The translations under genes were made by a program, and so were the position numbers. 64,000 nt of DNA from Candidatus Omnitrophota bacterium (GTDB lineage Bacteria; Omnitrophota; Gorgyraeia; JABMRG01; JAFGKX01). Position 1 is the first letter of the stretch, and the number at the start of each line of letters is the position of its first letter. The DNA lies in NCBI GenBank assembly GCA_043797125.1, contig JAZDPX010000045.1, positions 8,338-72,337 on the forward strand, written 5' to 3'. This document shows, in pieces, positions 18,882 through 29,100 of this stretch. The notes below the pieces were generated by a model. That model made no database searches and was not told where the DNA came from. It saw only the letters and a program-made list of their open reading frames with translations.

Positions 18882-19352
18882 CTATTTCCTCAAAACCGCT
18901 TTTGCTAGTTTCTTCTTATGCGCAGCTAATTTTTTCTGCAAACCCTTATCGTTTCCAGCCAAGATCTGCGCCGCGAAAATGCCTGAGTTTTTAGCGCCTG
19001 CTGTTCCTATCGCCATGCACGCGACAGGAACTCCTCCGGGCATCTGCACTGTGGAAAACAACGCGTCTATGCCTGCTAACGACTTATTTTCTATGGGTAT
19101 GCCGATTACCGGCAATGTTGTATGCGCGGCAACAACGCCTGCTAAATGAGCGGCATAGCCGGCTGCGCAAATTATAACCTTTATGCCTTTTTCTTTAGCT
19201 CCTTCTGCAAATTTTGCCGTTTCTTTAGGTGTTCTGTGCGCCGATAAAACCTTTACAACATATTCTATGCCAAATTCGTTTAATATATCCAAACCATGCT
19301 GCACAGTAGGCATGTCTGATTCGCTGCCCATGATTATTGCGACTTTTATCAT
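18882..19352 (-). CDS. purE: N5-carboxyaminoimidazole ribonucleotide mutase
   Basis: MIKVAIIMGSESDMPTV... Length 156 aa. Confidence 0.9.
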   Translation of the reverse strand: MIKVAIIMGSESDMPTVQHGLDILNEFGIEYVVKVLSAHRTPKETAKFAEGAKEKGIKVIICAAGYAAHLAGVVAAHTTLPVIGIPIENKSLAGIDALFSTVQMPGGVPVACMAIGTAGAKNSGIFAAQILAGNDKGLQKKLAAHKKKLAKAVLRK

Positions 19353-19362
19353 CGTATGCTCC

Positions 19363-20661
19363 TCATTTTAATTTCTCGCGGCCTAACGCTCTGTATCCGA
19401 TGTCCTTCCTATAATGCATGCCCTCAAAATTTATTTTGCTGCAAGCCTCATACGCTTTATCTATCGCCTGTTTTATGTCAATGCCAAGCGCGGTCACTCC
19501 GAGAACGCGGCCGCCGGTTGTTTTGTATTGAGTATTGAGTCGTGAGTCGTGAGCAACATTAGTGCCGGCGTGGAAAACTACTACGCTATCGAGCTTGTCT
19601 GCTTCATCCAGGCCATTTATATTCGTGCCTTTTTTATAATTTCCCGGATAGCCCCCTGCGGCGCAAACAACGCATACGCAAGGCCTTTTGTCCCATTCTA
19701 ATTTTACATTTTCCATATTGCCGTCTATTGACGCTTCGATTGCATCCATAAGATCGCTTTTAAGCCTGGGTAATATCGCCTGCGTCTCCGGGTCTCCAAA
19801 ACGGACATTAAACTCCAATACCTTTGGCCCGTCGGCGGTTATCATTAGGCCGGCGTAAAGAACGCCTTTAAAGGGCGTACCTGCTTTATACAGTCCGGAT
19901 ATAATTGGTTTTATGATTTCGTCTTGTATTTTTTCGTCTAATTTTTCACTTATAACAGGCGCGGGAGAATAAGCTCCCATGCCTCCGGTATTCGGGCCTT
20001 TGTCATTATCATATATGCGCTTATGGTCCTGGCTCGATGCCAAGGAAGCAAAGCGTTTACCATCGCTTATTACTATTATTGATGCCTCTTCTCCCTCTAA
20101 ACAATCTTCTATGATTATTCTGCTTCCTGCCTGGCCAAAAATTTTGTCTATCATGGTCTGTTTTACTGCGTCAAGGGCCTCGCTTTTATTTTTGCATATA
20201 ATTACGCCTTTTCCTGCTGCTAAGCCGTCTGCCTTGACCACCATGGGCGTTTTTCGTTGGTTTATATGTTCTTTAGCGTCGTCGGGGTTATCAAAAATCA
20301 TAAAATCTGCTGTCGGGACCCTGAATCTTGACATTATTTCCTTAGCAAATACCTTGCTGCTTTCAAGCCGTGCCGTTTTTTTATCCGGGCCGAATATTCT
20401 CAAGCCTTTCTCGTTAAATTTATCCACTATGCCTTCCGCTAAAGGCGCTTCAGGGCCTACAATAGTTACATCTATTTTATTTTGGTTGGCGAAATTAAGT
20501 ATCTTAGGTATATCATCGGCTTTTATATCAACGCATTGCGCTTCTTTCTGCATCCCGCCGTTTCCCGGGGCTGCAAAAATTTTATCTACTCGCCTGCTTT
20601 GCGCTATTTTCCAGCAGAGCGCGTGTTCCCTTGCGCCTGAGCCGATTACGAGAACCTTCAT
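19363..20661 (-). CDS. purD: Phosphoribosylamine--glycine ligase
   Basis: MKVLVIGSGAREHAL... with an ATP-grasp architecture. Length 432 aa. Confidence 0.9.
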   Translation of the reverse strand: MKVLVIGSGAREHALCWKIAQSRRVDKIFAAPGNGGMQKEAQCVDIKADDIPKILNFANQNKIDVTIVGPEAPLAEGIVDKFNEKGLRIFGPDKKTARLESSKVFAKEIMSRFRVPTADFMIFDNPDDAKEHINQRKTPMVVKADGLAAGKGVIICKNKSEALDAVKQTMIDKIFGQAGSRIIIEDCLEGEEASIIVISDGKRFASLASSQDHKRIYDNDKGPNTGGMGAYSPAPVISEKLDEKIQDEIIKPIISGLYKAGTPFKGVLYAGLMITADGPKVLEFNVRFGDPETQAILPRLKSDLMDAIEASIDGNMENVKLEWDKRPCVCVVCAAGGYPGNYKKGTNINGLDEADKLDSVVVFHAGTNVAHDSRLNTQYKTTGGRVLGVTALGIDIKQAIDKAYEACSKINFEGMHYRKDIGYRALGREKLK

Positions 20662-20670
20662 AGTTTATAG

Positions 20671-20734
20671 TCATCCACAACCGTAGTCATCCACAACCGT
20701 AGCGGAGCCTTAAGGCTCCGCTACGGTTGTACAA
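20671..20734. repeat. Palindromic element copy C with both flank arms (ATCCACAACC-core-GGTTGTacaa) and a 16-nt tandem duplication of the left arm (tcatccacaaccgtag x2), between purM and purD
   Basis: Sequence is tagtcatccacaaccgtagtcatccacaaccGTAGCGGAGCCTTAAGGCTCCGCTACggttgtacaa. Core at 20699-20724. Confidence 0.9.
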
Positions 20735-21739
20735 TTAAATAAGTTTTACTTCTCTTTTCCCTCTCACAACCTCACCAATTACCCAAGACTCCATCTTAAA
20801 TTTCACCAATAGCTGCTGCGCCTTCCTAATATCCTTTTTCGGCAACACAACCACCATGCCAATACCCATGTTAAATACTTTATACATCTCTTGCTCGCTA
20901 ACATTGCCTTTTTTCTGTATCAGCTTAAATATTTCCGGCACAGGCCATGAATTTTTGTTTATAACAATAGATAGTCCTTCGGGAATAACCCGGACTACCT
21001 TGCTTTGGAACGAGCCGCCTGTTATGTGGGCCAGGGCTTTTACGTTTACGCGCTTTTGCAGGTGTAATAATTCTGTTGTGTAGAGCCTTGTCGGCGTAAG
21101 CAATTGTTTTGCCAATTTCTTTTGTTCGTTTTTGCTGAATACTTTTCTTACTAAAGAAAATCCGTTTGAATGCAGCCCGCTTGATGCAATACCTAAAACA
21201 GCGTCGCCTTTTTTTAAAGAGCTTCCGTCAATAATATCATTTTTATCTACAATGCCAACGCAAAAACCCGCTAAGTCATATTCGTTGGCAGCATACATAT
21301 CAGGCATCTCTGCTGTTTCCCCGCCCACAAGAGCGTAGCCGGTTTTGCGGCACGCAAAAGATATGCCTTTTATCACATCCTGTAAAACCTTTGGATGAAT
21401 TTTGCCCGTTGATATGTAATCAAGAAAAAATAAAGGCTTTGCGCCGGTTGTTGCAACGTCATTTACGCACATAGCAACAAGGTCTATGCCCACAGTATCG
21501 TGCTTGTTGCACATTTGCGCAATCATAAGTTTTGTGCCTACGCCGTCAGTGCTTGAGACAAGAACAGGCTCTTTAAACCGGCGCTTGTCAATCCCGAATA
21601 AACCGCCGAAAGAGCCTATGTCTGATATGGCGCCTTGGGTCTTGGTCTTTTTTACTAAGCCCTTTATGGCGTCGACAAACTTATCGCCTTTTTCAATATC
21701 CACTCCGGAGAATTTGTATGTAAGTTTTTTAACCTTCAT
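20735..21739 (-). CDS. purM: Phosphoribosylformylglycinamidine cyclo-ligase (AIR synthase)
   Basis: AIRS N- and C-terminal domain signature (GGLFGIDK..., HITGGSF...). Length 334 aa. Confidence 0.9.
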   Translation of the reverse strand: MKVKKLTYKFSGVDIEKGDKFVDAIKGLVKKTKTQGAISDIGSFGGLFGIDKRRFKEPVLVSSTDGVGTKLMIAQMCNKHDTVGIDLVAMCVNDVATTGAKPLFFLDYISTGKIHPKVLQDVIKGISFACRKTGYALVGGETAEMPDMYAANEYDLAGFCVGIVDKNDIIDGSSLKKGDAVLGIASSGLHSNGFSLVRKVFSKNEQKKLAKQLLTPTRLYTTELLHLQKRVNVKALAHITGGSFQSKVVRVIPEGLSIVINKNSWPVPEIFKLIQKKGNVSEQEMYKVFNMGIGMVVVLPKKDIRKAQQLLVKFKMESWVIGEVVRGKREVKLI

Positions 21740-23031
21740 AACCTTATCCTTTTAAAAATTGCGTCTATGTTTCTTAAGTAGTACTTCAAATCAAAACACG
21801 CTGTTATCTTGTTCGACTTAAGAATTTTTAGCACCTCTTTATCATTCAGTAAATTATTTTTAAAATCATTCTCCGGGTTTTCCCAGGTCTTCATCGCGTT
21901 TCTCTGCACCAAGACATACGCCTTGTCTCTTAATAAGCCTTCGCTTACAAGCGTATTTAAAACCCTTTGAGAATATATGAGCCCGCCTGTTTTATCAAGG
22001 TTCTGCAGCATCCTTTTCGGATATACAATCAAATGCGTTATTACATCTGCCATCTTATCAAGCATATAATCTATCAATATAGTCGAATCCGGGATTATAA
22101 CCCTTTCAACGGAGGAATGAGAAATATCCCTTTCATGCCACAGGGCTATATTCTCCAATGCCGCGTGCGCGTTTGAGCGCAAAATCCTCGCTAAGCCGGT
22201 GATTCTCTCGCATGTTATTGGGTTTCGTTTATGCGGCATGGCTGAAGAGCCTTTTTGCGTCGGAGAAAAATATTCTTCCGCTTCATAGACCTCTGTTCTT
22301 TGAAGGCCTCTTAAATCCACCGCTAATTTTTCCAGCGTAGCGCCGATAATTGCTATTGTAGCCATGTACTCTGCGTGAGCGTCGCGCTGCACAACCTGGT
22401 TTGAAACGGTAGCGCTCTTTAAGCCTAATTTTTTACAGACATAGTCTTCGATTGCAGGCTCTATATTTGAAAACGTGCCAACTGCGCCTGAAACTTTTCC
22501 CACGCTTATTGTTTCTTTTGCGCGGATCATTCTTTCTATATTGCGTTTGTTTTCTTCGTAATACAGCGCCATTTTAAGCCCAAACGTCGTAGGCTCCGCG
22601 TGCACGCCGTGGGTGCGGCCTATCATAGGGGTATTCTTGTATCTTTTTGCTTTTTGCGACAATGCTTCGCCAAACTGGTCTAAGTCTTTTAAAATAATAT
22701 CTGCTGCGTCTCTCATCTGAAGCGCCAGCGCCGTATCGGTAACGTCGTTGGATGTAAGCCCCATATGAATAAATCGGCCGTCAGGGCCTACGGATTCCTG
22801 CACGCAGGATACAAACGCGGCAACATCGTGGCTTGTCTTTTCCTCTATCTTTTTTATTTTATCGATGTTGAATTTTGCCTTAGCTTTAATATTGCTGAAT
22901 GCGGATTTTGGGATCTTTCCTTTTTTAGAAAGCGCCTCGCATGCCGCTATTTCAACATCCAGCATCCTCTGAAACTTGTTTTTTTCCTGCCATACGGCTT
23001 CCATGCCGGGCAGGGTGTATCGTGGTATCAT
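21736..23031 (-). CDS. purB: Adenylosuccinate lyase
   Basis: Lyase_1 family with the C-terminal ADSL domain. Motif GSSAMPHKRNP. Confidence 0.9.
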   Translation of the reverse strand: MIPRYTLPGMEAVWQEKNKFQRMLDVEIAACEALSKKGKIPKSAFSNIKAKAKFNIDKIKKIEEKTSHDVAAFVSCVQESVGPDGRFIHMGLTSNDVTDTALALQMRDAADIILKDLDQFGEALSQKAKRYKNTPMIGRTHGVHAEPTTFGLKMALYYEENKRNIERMIRAKETISVGKVSGAVGTFSNIEPAIEDYVCKKLGLKSATVSNQVVQRDAHAEYMATIAIIGATLEKLAVDLRGLQRTEVYEAEEYFSPTQKGSSAMPHKRNPITCERITGLARILRSNAHAALENIALWHERDISHSSVERVIIPDSTILIDYMLDKMADVITHLIVYPKRMLQNLDKTGGLIYSQRVLNTLVSEGLLRDKAYVLVQRNAMKTWENPENDFKNNLLNDKEVLKILKSNKITACFDLKYYLRNIDAIFKRIRL

Positions 23032-23043
23032 AACAGCTCCTTT

Positions 23044-23484
23044 TTATATTTTCGGCAATGCCATCTTCACAAACGCCAGAACAAATAATGCGACTGTCTC
23101 GATAATACCGAGCACCATCATATATTGGGCAAAGCCTTTGCCGCTTTCAACAAGCGCGTCCGAAGCCTTTGCCGCGGCAGCACCCTGCATCCATGCTGAA
23201 ACTCCTATGGCCAAACCCGCAGCAGCACCTAGCGCCATTTGGAAAGGGTAGCTTTCGGGAGGAAGCTTTGCATCCAAAATCGAGTTTCTCACAATCATTC
23301 CGTATAGCGTCTGTGTTAAAGGCGCCCCGACAAAAATAAGCACCATAAATGGCGCCGCTTTATTCTGCATGAAGACTTTTTTCCACGCGCCAATCGCTGC
23401 CATGCCGGCAATGCCGGCCCCTAAGCCGGAACCTACGGCTGATAACGCCAAAGAAAACCCCATGTCGCCTAAACCTTGTATCAT
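23044..23484 (-). CDS. ntpK: V/A-type ATP synthase proteolipid subunit K (c-ring)
   Basis: Two hydrophobic hairpins, Gly/Ala-rich (GSGLGAGIAGMAAIGAW...). Last gene of the V-ATPase cluster. Confidence 0.85.
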   Translation of the reverse strand: MIQGLGDMGFSLALSAVGSGLGAGIAGMAAIGAWKKVFMQNKAAPFMVLIFVGAPLTQTLYGMIVRNSILDAKLPPESYPFQMALGAAAGLAIGVSAWMQGAAAAKASDALVESGKGFAQYMMVLGIIETVALFVLAFVKMALPKI

Positions 23485-23547
23485 TTATATACCTCCTGTG
23501 TTAAAAAATTATACTTCTTTAACGCAGATTAGCGCAGATTAGAAGAA

Positions 23548-23580
23548 ACAGATAATCGCAGATAAACATCTGCGATTATC
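23548..23580 (-). other. Perfect 14-bp-stem hairpin (AGATAATCGCAGAT-gttt-ATCTGCGATTATCT on coding strand) within a cluster of five copies of the motif TAATCGCAGAT / ATCTGCG between ntpI and ntpK
   Basis: Read directly from the sequence. Flanking direct repeats are gcagattagcgcagattag and taatctgcgataatctg. Confidence 0.6.
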
Positions 23581-23612
23581 TCGCATCTTTTAATCTGCGA
23601 TAATCTGTGTAA

Positions 23613-25412
23613 TCATTTTATCTCTTTCCTAAACGGCTCATAAGGCCTGCCTGTCCATTGCATTCCCAGATGCCCGGAAAATTCAAGCATGTTTAGCCTT
23701 ATGCCGTGTACGGCGACCGCCATTAATCCCATTGCTACATTAAGCAAATGCCCAAAAAACAAAATAAACGCCGCAAACAACCCAGCCATAAAGCTCCCCT
23801 TTGCCATACCAAACGACATTTCGTTAAAGATGCCCGACATTATGGTGGATGCATAACCTATTACGAATAACCTAAGGTATGAAACAATATCCGCGAATGC
23901 GCTTACGATCTTTAACGGCAGATCCGCCAGGGTGACAAGCGTACTTTTAAAAATATTCTTACCCGGATTTTGAAATAACGCTATCAAAAGCGCGCCAACG
24001 ATAAACATGTATTTCGCCTGCTGCGGAAAATTAAATTTTAGAATAAGACTGCCCGCCGTAAAAAAAAGGCCCCATATTATCAAAATCCAGCCAGCTTCTG
24101 CCAGCGCGCGCAATGAATTAATAATCCTAAAACCCGCTATTAAATGCGCTATTGTTAAATGCACAGCGCCTATCAAAAAGCAGATAAAAATCATGAAATT
24201 TTGATTCGCGTCGACAAAGCTGTTTAACTTGCCTATCACAAGCGCGTTAAAAAAAGGCAGCTGCGCTATTTTTTCAAAGCCAAACCAGGCGCCTGTGACA
24301 GCGCCCCATATTGTTGTCGCTATGGCAAGCACAAAGCTAAGCCGGAAAAACTGTTTCGGCGCTTTTTTAAATTTTTTCTGCAAAAGCAGCGTAATCAAAA
24401 TAAACAACACACCGTAACCGGCGTCGGCAATAAGCATGGCGAAAAACAAGCTGAAAAATATAAGAAAAAACGGCGTTATGTCGTATTCGTCATATCCGGG
24501 GGTTATATTCATAAAATCGAACACCGGTTTTATTATGCTCGCCCACTTCGGCATTTTTATTAACGTCGGGGCCTGTTGGGTATCGTCTATTTCCTCTATC
24601 AGGTATCCTGCGCCTTGTGACTTTGCCATGGAAATGACTTTGGCGATTTCACCGACAGGGCAAAACCCTTCCATGTATAAAAACCCCTCTTCGTCTTGCG
24701 CGCAAGAGCTGACATTTAAAAAATTATATCTGTTCTTAATATACAAGGCGCATTCTTTAATCCCGGGCAGAAGATATGCCTTTTCTTTAAAAAACTCGCC
24801 CAACCGCTGTTTTCTTTGCTCATATTGCGCAAGCTGATTTTGCAGCGCCTCGAAACTTTCCTTTGGCAGACTTACTTCTTCATAATTTATCTTTTCCTGC
24901 GCGTCATGAGAGATTACAGCTATATACGCGTAAAGCTTATCCTCGGATATAAGATATATGTTTTGCTCATTCTTAACTTTTCTGAAATCTTTTTTTCTCA
25001 CCCTGCATAATTTTATGAATATTCCTTGGGTTTTTAATTCTTCTATACCGGCCGGGTCAAATCCTCCCCACGCAGTAAAATACTCGATTTTATTGCGTAT
25101 ATCCTGCATATCCTTTTGCAGCTGTTCTGCCTCAAAATAAAAAGACGTTATTTCTTTTGCCTGGTTTAAAATTGCCGCGTAGCCTAAATGCCGGTTTTGA
25201 ATTTCTTCCTTGCGCTCGCTTGCATATAAAGAGAGGGCGCTTTGTGCCTTTTCCAGCGCCTGCTTGTTTTCATTCACGTCTTTCAGGCTTTCGGAAGGCC
25301 TTATATATTTTTCTTTTACATGCAGCGCTCCCAAAGCGCGCAATTTAAAAAGAAACCTTTCCTTTTCTTTTTGCGCGACAAAAAGCGTGAGTTTCTTCAT
25401 CCTGACAATCAT
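23613..25412 (-). CDS. ntpI: V/A-type ATP synthase subunit I (membrane a-subunit)
   Basis: 599 aa, hydrophilic N-terminal half plus a multi-TM C-terminal half. Confidence 0.85.
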   Translation of the reverse strand: MIVRMKKLTLFVAQKEKERFLFKLRALGALHVKEKYIRPSESLKDVNENKQALEKAQSALSLYASERKEEIQNRHLGYAAILNQAKEITSFYFEAEQLQKDMQDIRNKIEYFTAWGGFDPAGIEELKTQGIFIKLCRVRKKDFRKVKNEQNIYLISEDKLYAYIAVISHDAQEKINYEEVSLPKESFEALQNQLAQYEQRKQRLGEFFKEKAYLLPGIKECALYIKNRYNFLNVSSCAQDEEGFLYMEGFCPVGEIAKVISMAKSQGAGYLIEEIDDTQQAPTLIKMPKWASIIKPVFDFMNITPGYDEYDITPFFLIFFSLFFAMLIADAGYGVLFILITLLLQKKFKKAPKQFFRLSFVLAIATTIWGAVTGAWFGFEKIAQLPFFNALVIGKLNSFVDANQNFMIFICFLIGAVHLTIAHLIAGFRIINSLRALAEAGWILIIWGLFFTAGSLILKFNFPQQAKYMFIVGALLIALFQNPGKNIFKSTLVTLADLPLKIVSAFADIVSYLRLFVIGYASTIMSGIFNEMSFGMAKGSFMAGLFAAFILFFGHLLNVAMGLMAVAVHGIRLNMLEFSGHLGMQWTGRPYEPFRKEIK

Positions 25413-26023
25413 ATTAACGCGATGGCCTCTTGTTTTTTGTGTATTTTTTCTTTTGCTATCTTGCCCCGAACTACAGCGGCTGTCTGTAGATCGGCCAATG
25501 CTATCTGTATCTTTCTTATGCTTTCCAGAGCATTTGGTATTTTTATCTTCTCAAAAAGGTTGACCCTCTGACTTGTTATCCTGAGCTCTTCTCTTATTGC
25601 CTCAAGCTGCCTTTGTAAAATACCGCACTCAACATTGAATTGCACAAGCTCTCTTATTGCTAAAATCGCGTAATCAACCCACAAAGGGGTTTCAAGGACA
25701 TTGTAATCTTTTTGAATAAAATCTATTTTTTCTAAAACAGGTATATCAACGCCGGCGATGCTGCTTGTTGAAATATGCACTTTTTGCGCTCTTATTAATT
25801 GCGAAAGCCCTACGTCCTCTGCAAAAACGTCAACCCACACGCCAACAGAATCGGCAAATTCCTGCCTTCTTGTATCCGCTTCTTTCAACTTGTGCTGTGT
25901 CTTGTTTCTTTCAAGCTGAAGCTGCTGCTTTTTTAACTGCAATGTCGGCAGATACCTGTAAAAGATCTTTAACGCAGCCTTTTGTTTTCTTAATTCAGTT
26001 TTTGTGAGGCTTATCTTTGCCAT
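25409..26023 (-). CDS. ntpD: V/A-type ATP synthase subunit D
   Basis: MAKISLTKTELRKQKAALKIFYRYLPTLQLKKQQLQ... Confidence 0.85.
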   Translation of the reverse strand: MAKISLTKTELRKQKAALKIFYRYLPTLQLKKQQLQLERNKTQHKLKEADTRRQEFADSVGVWVDVFAEDVGLSQLIRAQKVHISTSSIAGVDIPVLEKIDFIQKDYNVLETPLWVDYAILAIRELVQFNVECGILQRQLEAIREELRITSQRVNLFEKIKIPNALESIRKIQIALADLQTAAVVRGKIAKEKIHKKQEAIALI

Positions 26024-26028
26024 AGGAT

Positions 26029-27321
26029 TTACGCCGGCCAGAATTCCTTTATAAGCTCTGTGCGGAAATTGGTTTCCTCCGGCTTAAAACATTGGGCTAG
26101 CATATTCCATCCGTTATCCAAAGCCTCTTCAAGAGGAATATTAACCTTTAAATCCATCATCTGTTTTTCAAATAGTATGCCGTATTTTAAAAGCTTACTA
26201 TCCCACTCACTCATTCTAAAACCCATTGCCCTTTTTTCCATAGTCTCTACATATTCGGCGTAAAGCTGTATCATTGTATCCATAATTGGCCTGTGGTCTT
26301 CGCGGGTATCTTTATTGACAAGCTGTTTTAGCCTGCTTAAAGATCCGAAAGGCTCAATTCTCGCGTTTCTTAAATAAAATTGCCCTTCTGTAATATAACC
26401 TGTGTTATCCGGCACAGGATGAGTTATATCATCTCCGGGCATTGTGGTGACAGCCAGAATCGTAACAGAGCCTGCCCCTTCAAAATCCACTGCCTTTTCA
26501 TATCTTGCGGCAAGCTTGCTGTATAAATCCCCGGGATATCCCCTGTTTGAAGGCACCTGCTCCATGGTAATTGCTATTTCCTTTAACCCGTCGGCAAAAT
26601 TTGTCATATCCGTAAGAAGCACAAGCACCCTTTTGCCCTGTAACGCGAATTTTTCAGCCACTGCCAAAGATAAATCCGGCACCATAAGCCCTTCAACTAA
26701 CGGGTCGCTTGCTGTATGCACAAAAAATATTGCCTTAGTCAGCGCCCCTCCTTCTTCGAGGGTGTTTTTAAAATACATGTACTGGTCGTACCTTAAGCCT
26801 ATCCCTCCCAAAACAATCATATCAACCTGCGCCTGAAGCGCGATGCGCGCAAGCAATTCATTATAAGGCTCGCCTGAAACAGAAAATATCGGAAGTTTCT
26901 GCGACTCTACAAGAGAATTAAATAAATCTATCATCGGAATGTTTGTCCTTATCATCCTGCGCGGGATAATTCTTTTAGCCGGGTTTACCGCCGGAGTCGA
27001 TATTTCAATTAAATTATCTGTTATCGCCGGGCCGTTGTCCCTGGGATTGCCGCTTCCGTTAAAAATTCTTCCCAGCATATTTTGGGAAAACCCGACTTTC
27101 ATCGGATGGCCTAAAAATTTTACCTCTGCTTCTGTTGAAATTCCTTTCGCCCCAGCGAAGACCTGCAGATAAACGGTATCGCCTTCAAGGCGGATAACCT
27201 GGGCGAGAGATTTCGCGTTATGCGTAGAAACTTCAGCCAGCTCCTGGTACGCAATTGCGTCTGCCTTTACGGTAATAACATTGCCTGACATGCTCAGTAT
27301 TCTTGTCGCAACCTTTCTCAT
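26029..27321 (-). CDS. ntpB: V/A-type ATP synthase subunit B (regulatory)
   Basis: alpha/beta ATPase fold lacking a canonical P-loop lysine context. Length 430 aa. Confidence 0.9.
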   Translation of the reverse strand: MRKVATRILSMSGNVITVKADAIAYQELAEVSTHNAKSLAQVIRLEGDTVYLQVFAGAKGISTEAEVKFLGHPMKVGFSQNMLGRIFNGSGNPRDNGPAITDNLIEISTPAVNPAKRIIPRRMIRTNIPMIDLFNSLVESQKLPIFSVSGEPYNELLARIALQAQVDMIVLGGIGLRYDQYMYFKNTLEEGGALTKAIFFVHTASDPLVEGLMVPDLSLAVAEKFALQGKRVLVLLTDMTNFADGLKEIAITMEQVPSNRGYPGDLYSKLAARYEKAVDFEGAGSVTILAVTTMPGDDITHPVPDNTGYITEGQFYLRNARIEPFGSLSRLKQLVNKDTREDHRPIMDTMIQLYAEYVETMEKRAMGFRMSEWDSKLLKYGILFEKQMMDLKVNIPLEEALDNGWNMLAQCFKPEETNFRTELIKEFWPA

Positions 27322-27324
27322 AGA

Positions 27325-29100
27325 TTAACCTTTAAGCCCTTCCTGCTCCGCGCAGCAGCTTAGCATATCGTCTATTACGCGCTCCTGCTCTTTAAATTCC
27401 TGCGACTGCCATGGTTTATAATTCCAGTCTATAAAACAGTGCCGCAGCTGGTAAAAAAACCCTCTTGCCTGCGCCTTGTCCTTAAAAGGAAATTTTATAT
27501 TTAATATTTCGACTATTTTCTTAAAAACATATTCCTGTCTTTCGGCGTTAGTTGCAGCGTCAACCGGGTCAAAACCGTTTTGCTGCAGATAAACAGAATC
27601 CAGGAGGTCGCCTTTCAGGAAAACTATAAAATCCTCTATCGGCGTGCCTTCTTCGCCTACAACCTTCATCATCTGGTCAACTTCGTCCGCCTTAAATAAA
27701 ATATTTCGCGCCGCGTCAACCAGGTCTTTTGCTATAAATGTGTCGTATTTAGACCAGCTTTCCAACGGGTCAACAGCGGGAAACTTGCGCGCATTTGAGC
27801 GCTCGCGCGAAAGCCCGTGAAAAGCTCCGACTACTTTTAATGTCCCCTGCGTTACCGGCTCTTCAAAATTTCCGCCTGCAGGGCTTACAGAGCCGCCGAT
27901 GGTAAGGCTGCCCTCGCCGCCGTCGTATAACTGCACTCTTCCCGAGCGCTCGTAAAAAGACGCTATGCGCGATTCAAGATACGCTGGGTACGCCTCTTCC
28001 CCCGGGATTTCCTCGAGCCTGCCTGAAATTTCCCTCATTGCTTGCGCCCAGCGCGACGTAGAATCCGCCAAAAGCAGGACATCAAGCCCCATCTGCCTGT
28101 AGTATTCAGCTATTGTCGTTGCGGTGTAAACCGAAGATTCGCGCGCTGCAACAGGCATGGACGAGGTATTGCATATAATTATTGTTCTTTCCATAAGAGT
28201 CTTTCCTGTGCGCGGATCCTGAATATGCGGAAATTCCCGCAATGTCTCGACTACTTCGCCTGCCCTTTCTCCGCAGGCAGCGACAATTACTATATCCACC
28301 TCGGCATAACGCGCGGTCAATTGCTGTAATACGGTCTTGCCCGCGCCAAAAGGGCCCGGTATGCAGTATGTCCCGCCTTTAGCAACAGGGAAAAATGTAT
28401 CAATAATTCTGCTTTTTGTTATAAGCGTTTCCTTGGGTGTAAGTTTTTGTTTATACGCTGTAATGGGAATTTTTACAGGCCAGTTAAAAATCATTGTAAC
28501 TTCTATCAGCTTGCCGTTTTCATCTTTTAATTTTGCGATTTTTTCTGTTACCTTGTAATCCGCTTTCGGAGCTATTGTCTCAATTGAGTATTCGCCCTGA
28601 AGATAAAACGGCACCATTATCTTATGCTTAAAAATACCTTCAGGCACAACTCCCAATACGTCCCCTGCCCTTACCGTATCCTTTGGTTTGGCTAGCGGCG
28701 TAAACGCCCACTTCTTCTCAAGCGAGACGGCGTTACGCTCTACGCCGACGGGGAGGAAAAATCCGAATTCTTTTGCAAGTTCAGGAAGCGGGTTCTGCAG
28801 GCCGTCGTAGATCTGGCTTAATATGCCCGGGCCTAATTGAACGGAAAGCATTTCCGATGCAAATTCTATTCTTTCCCCGACTTTTATGCCTTTTGTGTAT
28901 TCAAAAACCTGCAGAAAGGCAAGTTCGCCGTCTATCCTTATCACCTCCGACTTAAGCCTTTTATCCCCAGAAAGCACATAGGCAACTTCGTTTTGCATGA
29001 TATTGCCGGAAAACCGCGCGGTTATCATGTTGCCGCTTACCATTGTGATTACGCCTGTGGTTTTTGCCATTTTATTCCTTTTTAATAATTTATCGCGCAA
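27325..29100 (-). CDS. ntpA: V/A-type ATP synthase catalytic subunit A
   Basis: P-loop GPFGAGKTV. Length 591 aa. Confidence 0.9.
   Translation of the reverse strand: MRDKLLKRNKMAKTTGVITMVSGNMITARFSGNIMQNEVAYVLSGDKRLKSEVIRIDGELAFLQVFEYTKGIKVGERIEFASEMLSVQLGPGILSQIYDGLQNPLPELAKEFGFFLPVGVERNAVSLEKKWAFTPLAKPKDTVRAGDVLGVVPEGIFKHKIMVPFYLQGEYSIETIAPKADYKVTEKIAKLKDENGKLIEVTMIFNWPVKIPITAYKQKLTPKETLITKSRIIDTFFPVAKGGTYCIPGPFGAGKTVLQQLTARYAEVDIVIVAACGERAGEVVETLREFPHIQDPRTGKTLMERTIIICNTSSMPVAARESSVYTATTIAEYYRQMGLDVLLLADSTSRWAQAMREISGRLEEIPGEEAYPAYLESRIASFYERSGRVQLYDGGEGSLTIGGSVSPAGGNFEEPVTQGTLKVVGAFHGLSRERSNARKFPAVDPLESWSKYDTFIAKDLVDAARNILFKADEVDQMMKVVGEEGTPIEDFIVFLKGDLLDSVYLQQNGFDPVDAATNAERQEYVFKKIVEILNIKFPFKDKAQARGFFYQLRHCFIDWNYKPWQSQEFKEQERVIDDMLSCCAEQEGLKG

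Noticed and set aside
19979-20686. Long plus-strand ORFs (e.g. 19979..20686, 34880..35491, 39871..40584, 40635..41570, 56652..57554) lying inside well-supported minus-strand genes
   Set aside because: These are antisense shadow ORFs of conserved enzymes (purD, pyrF, pyrC, pyrB) and of the giant gene. Their products are low-complexity with no recognisable motifs.
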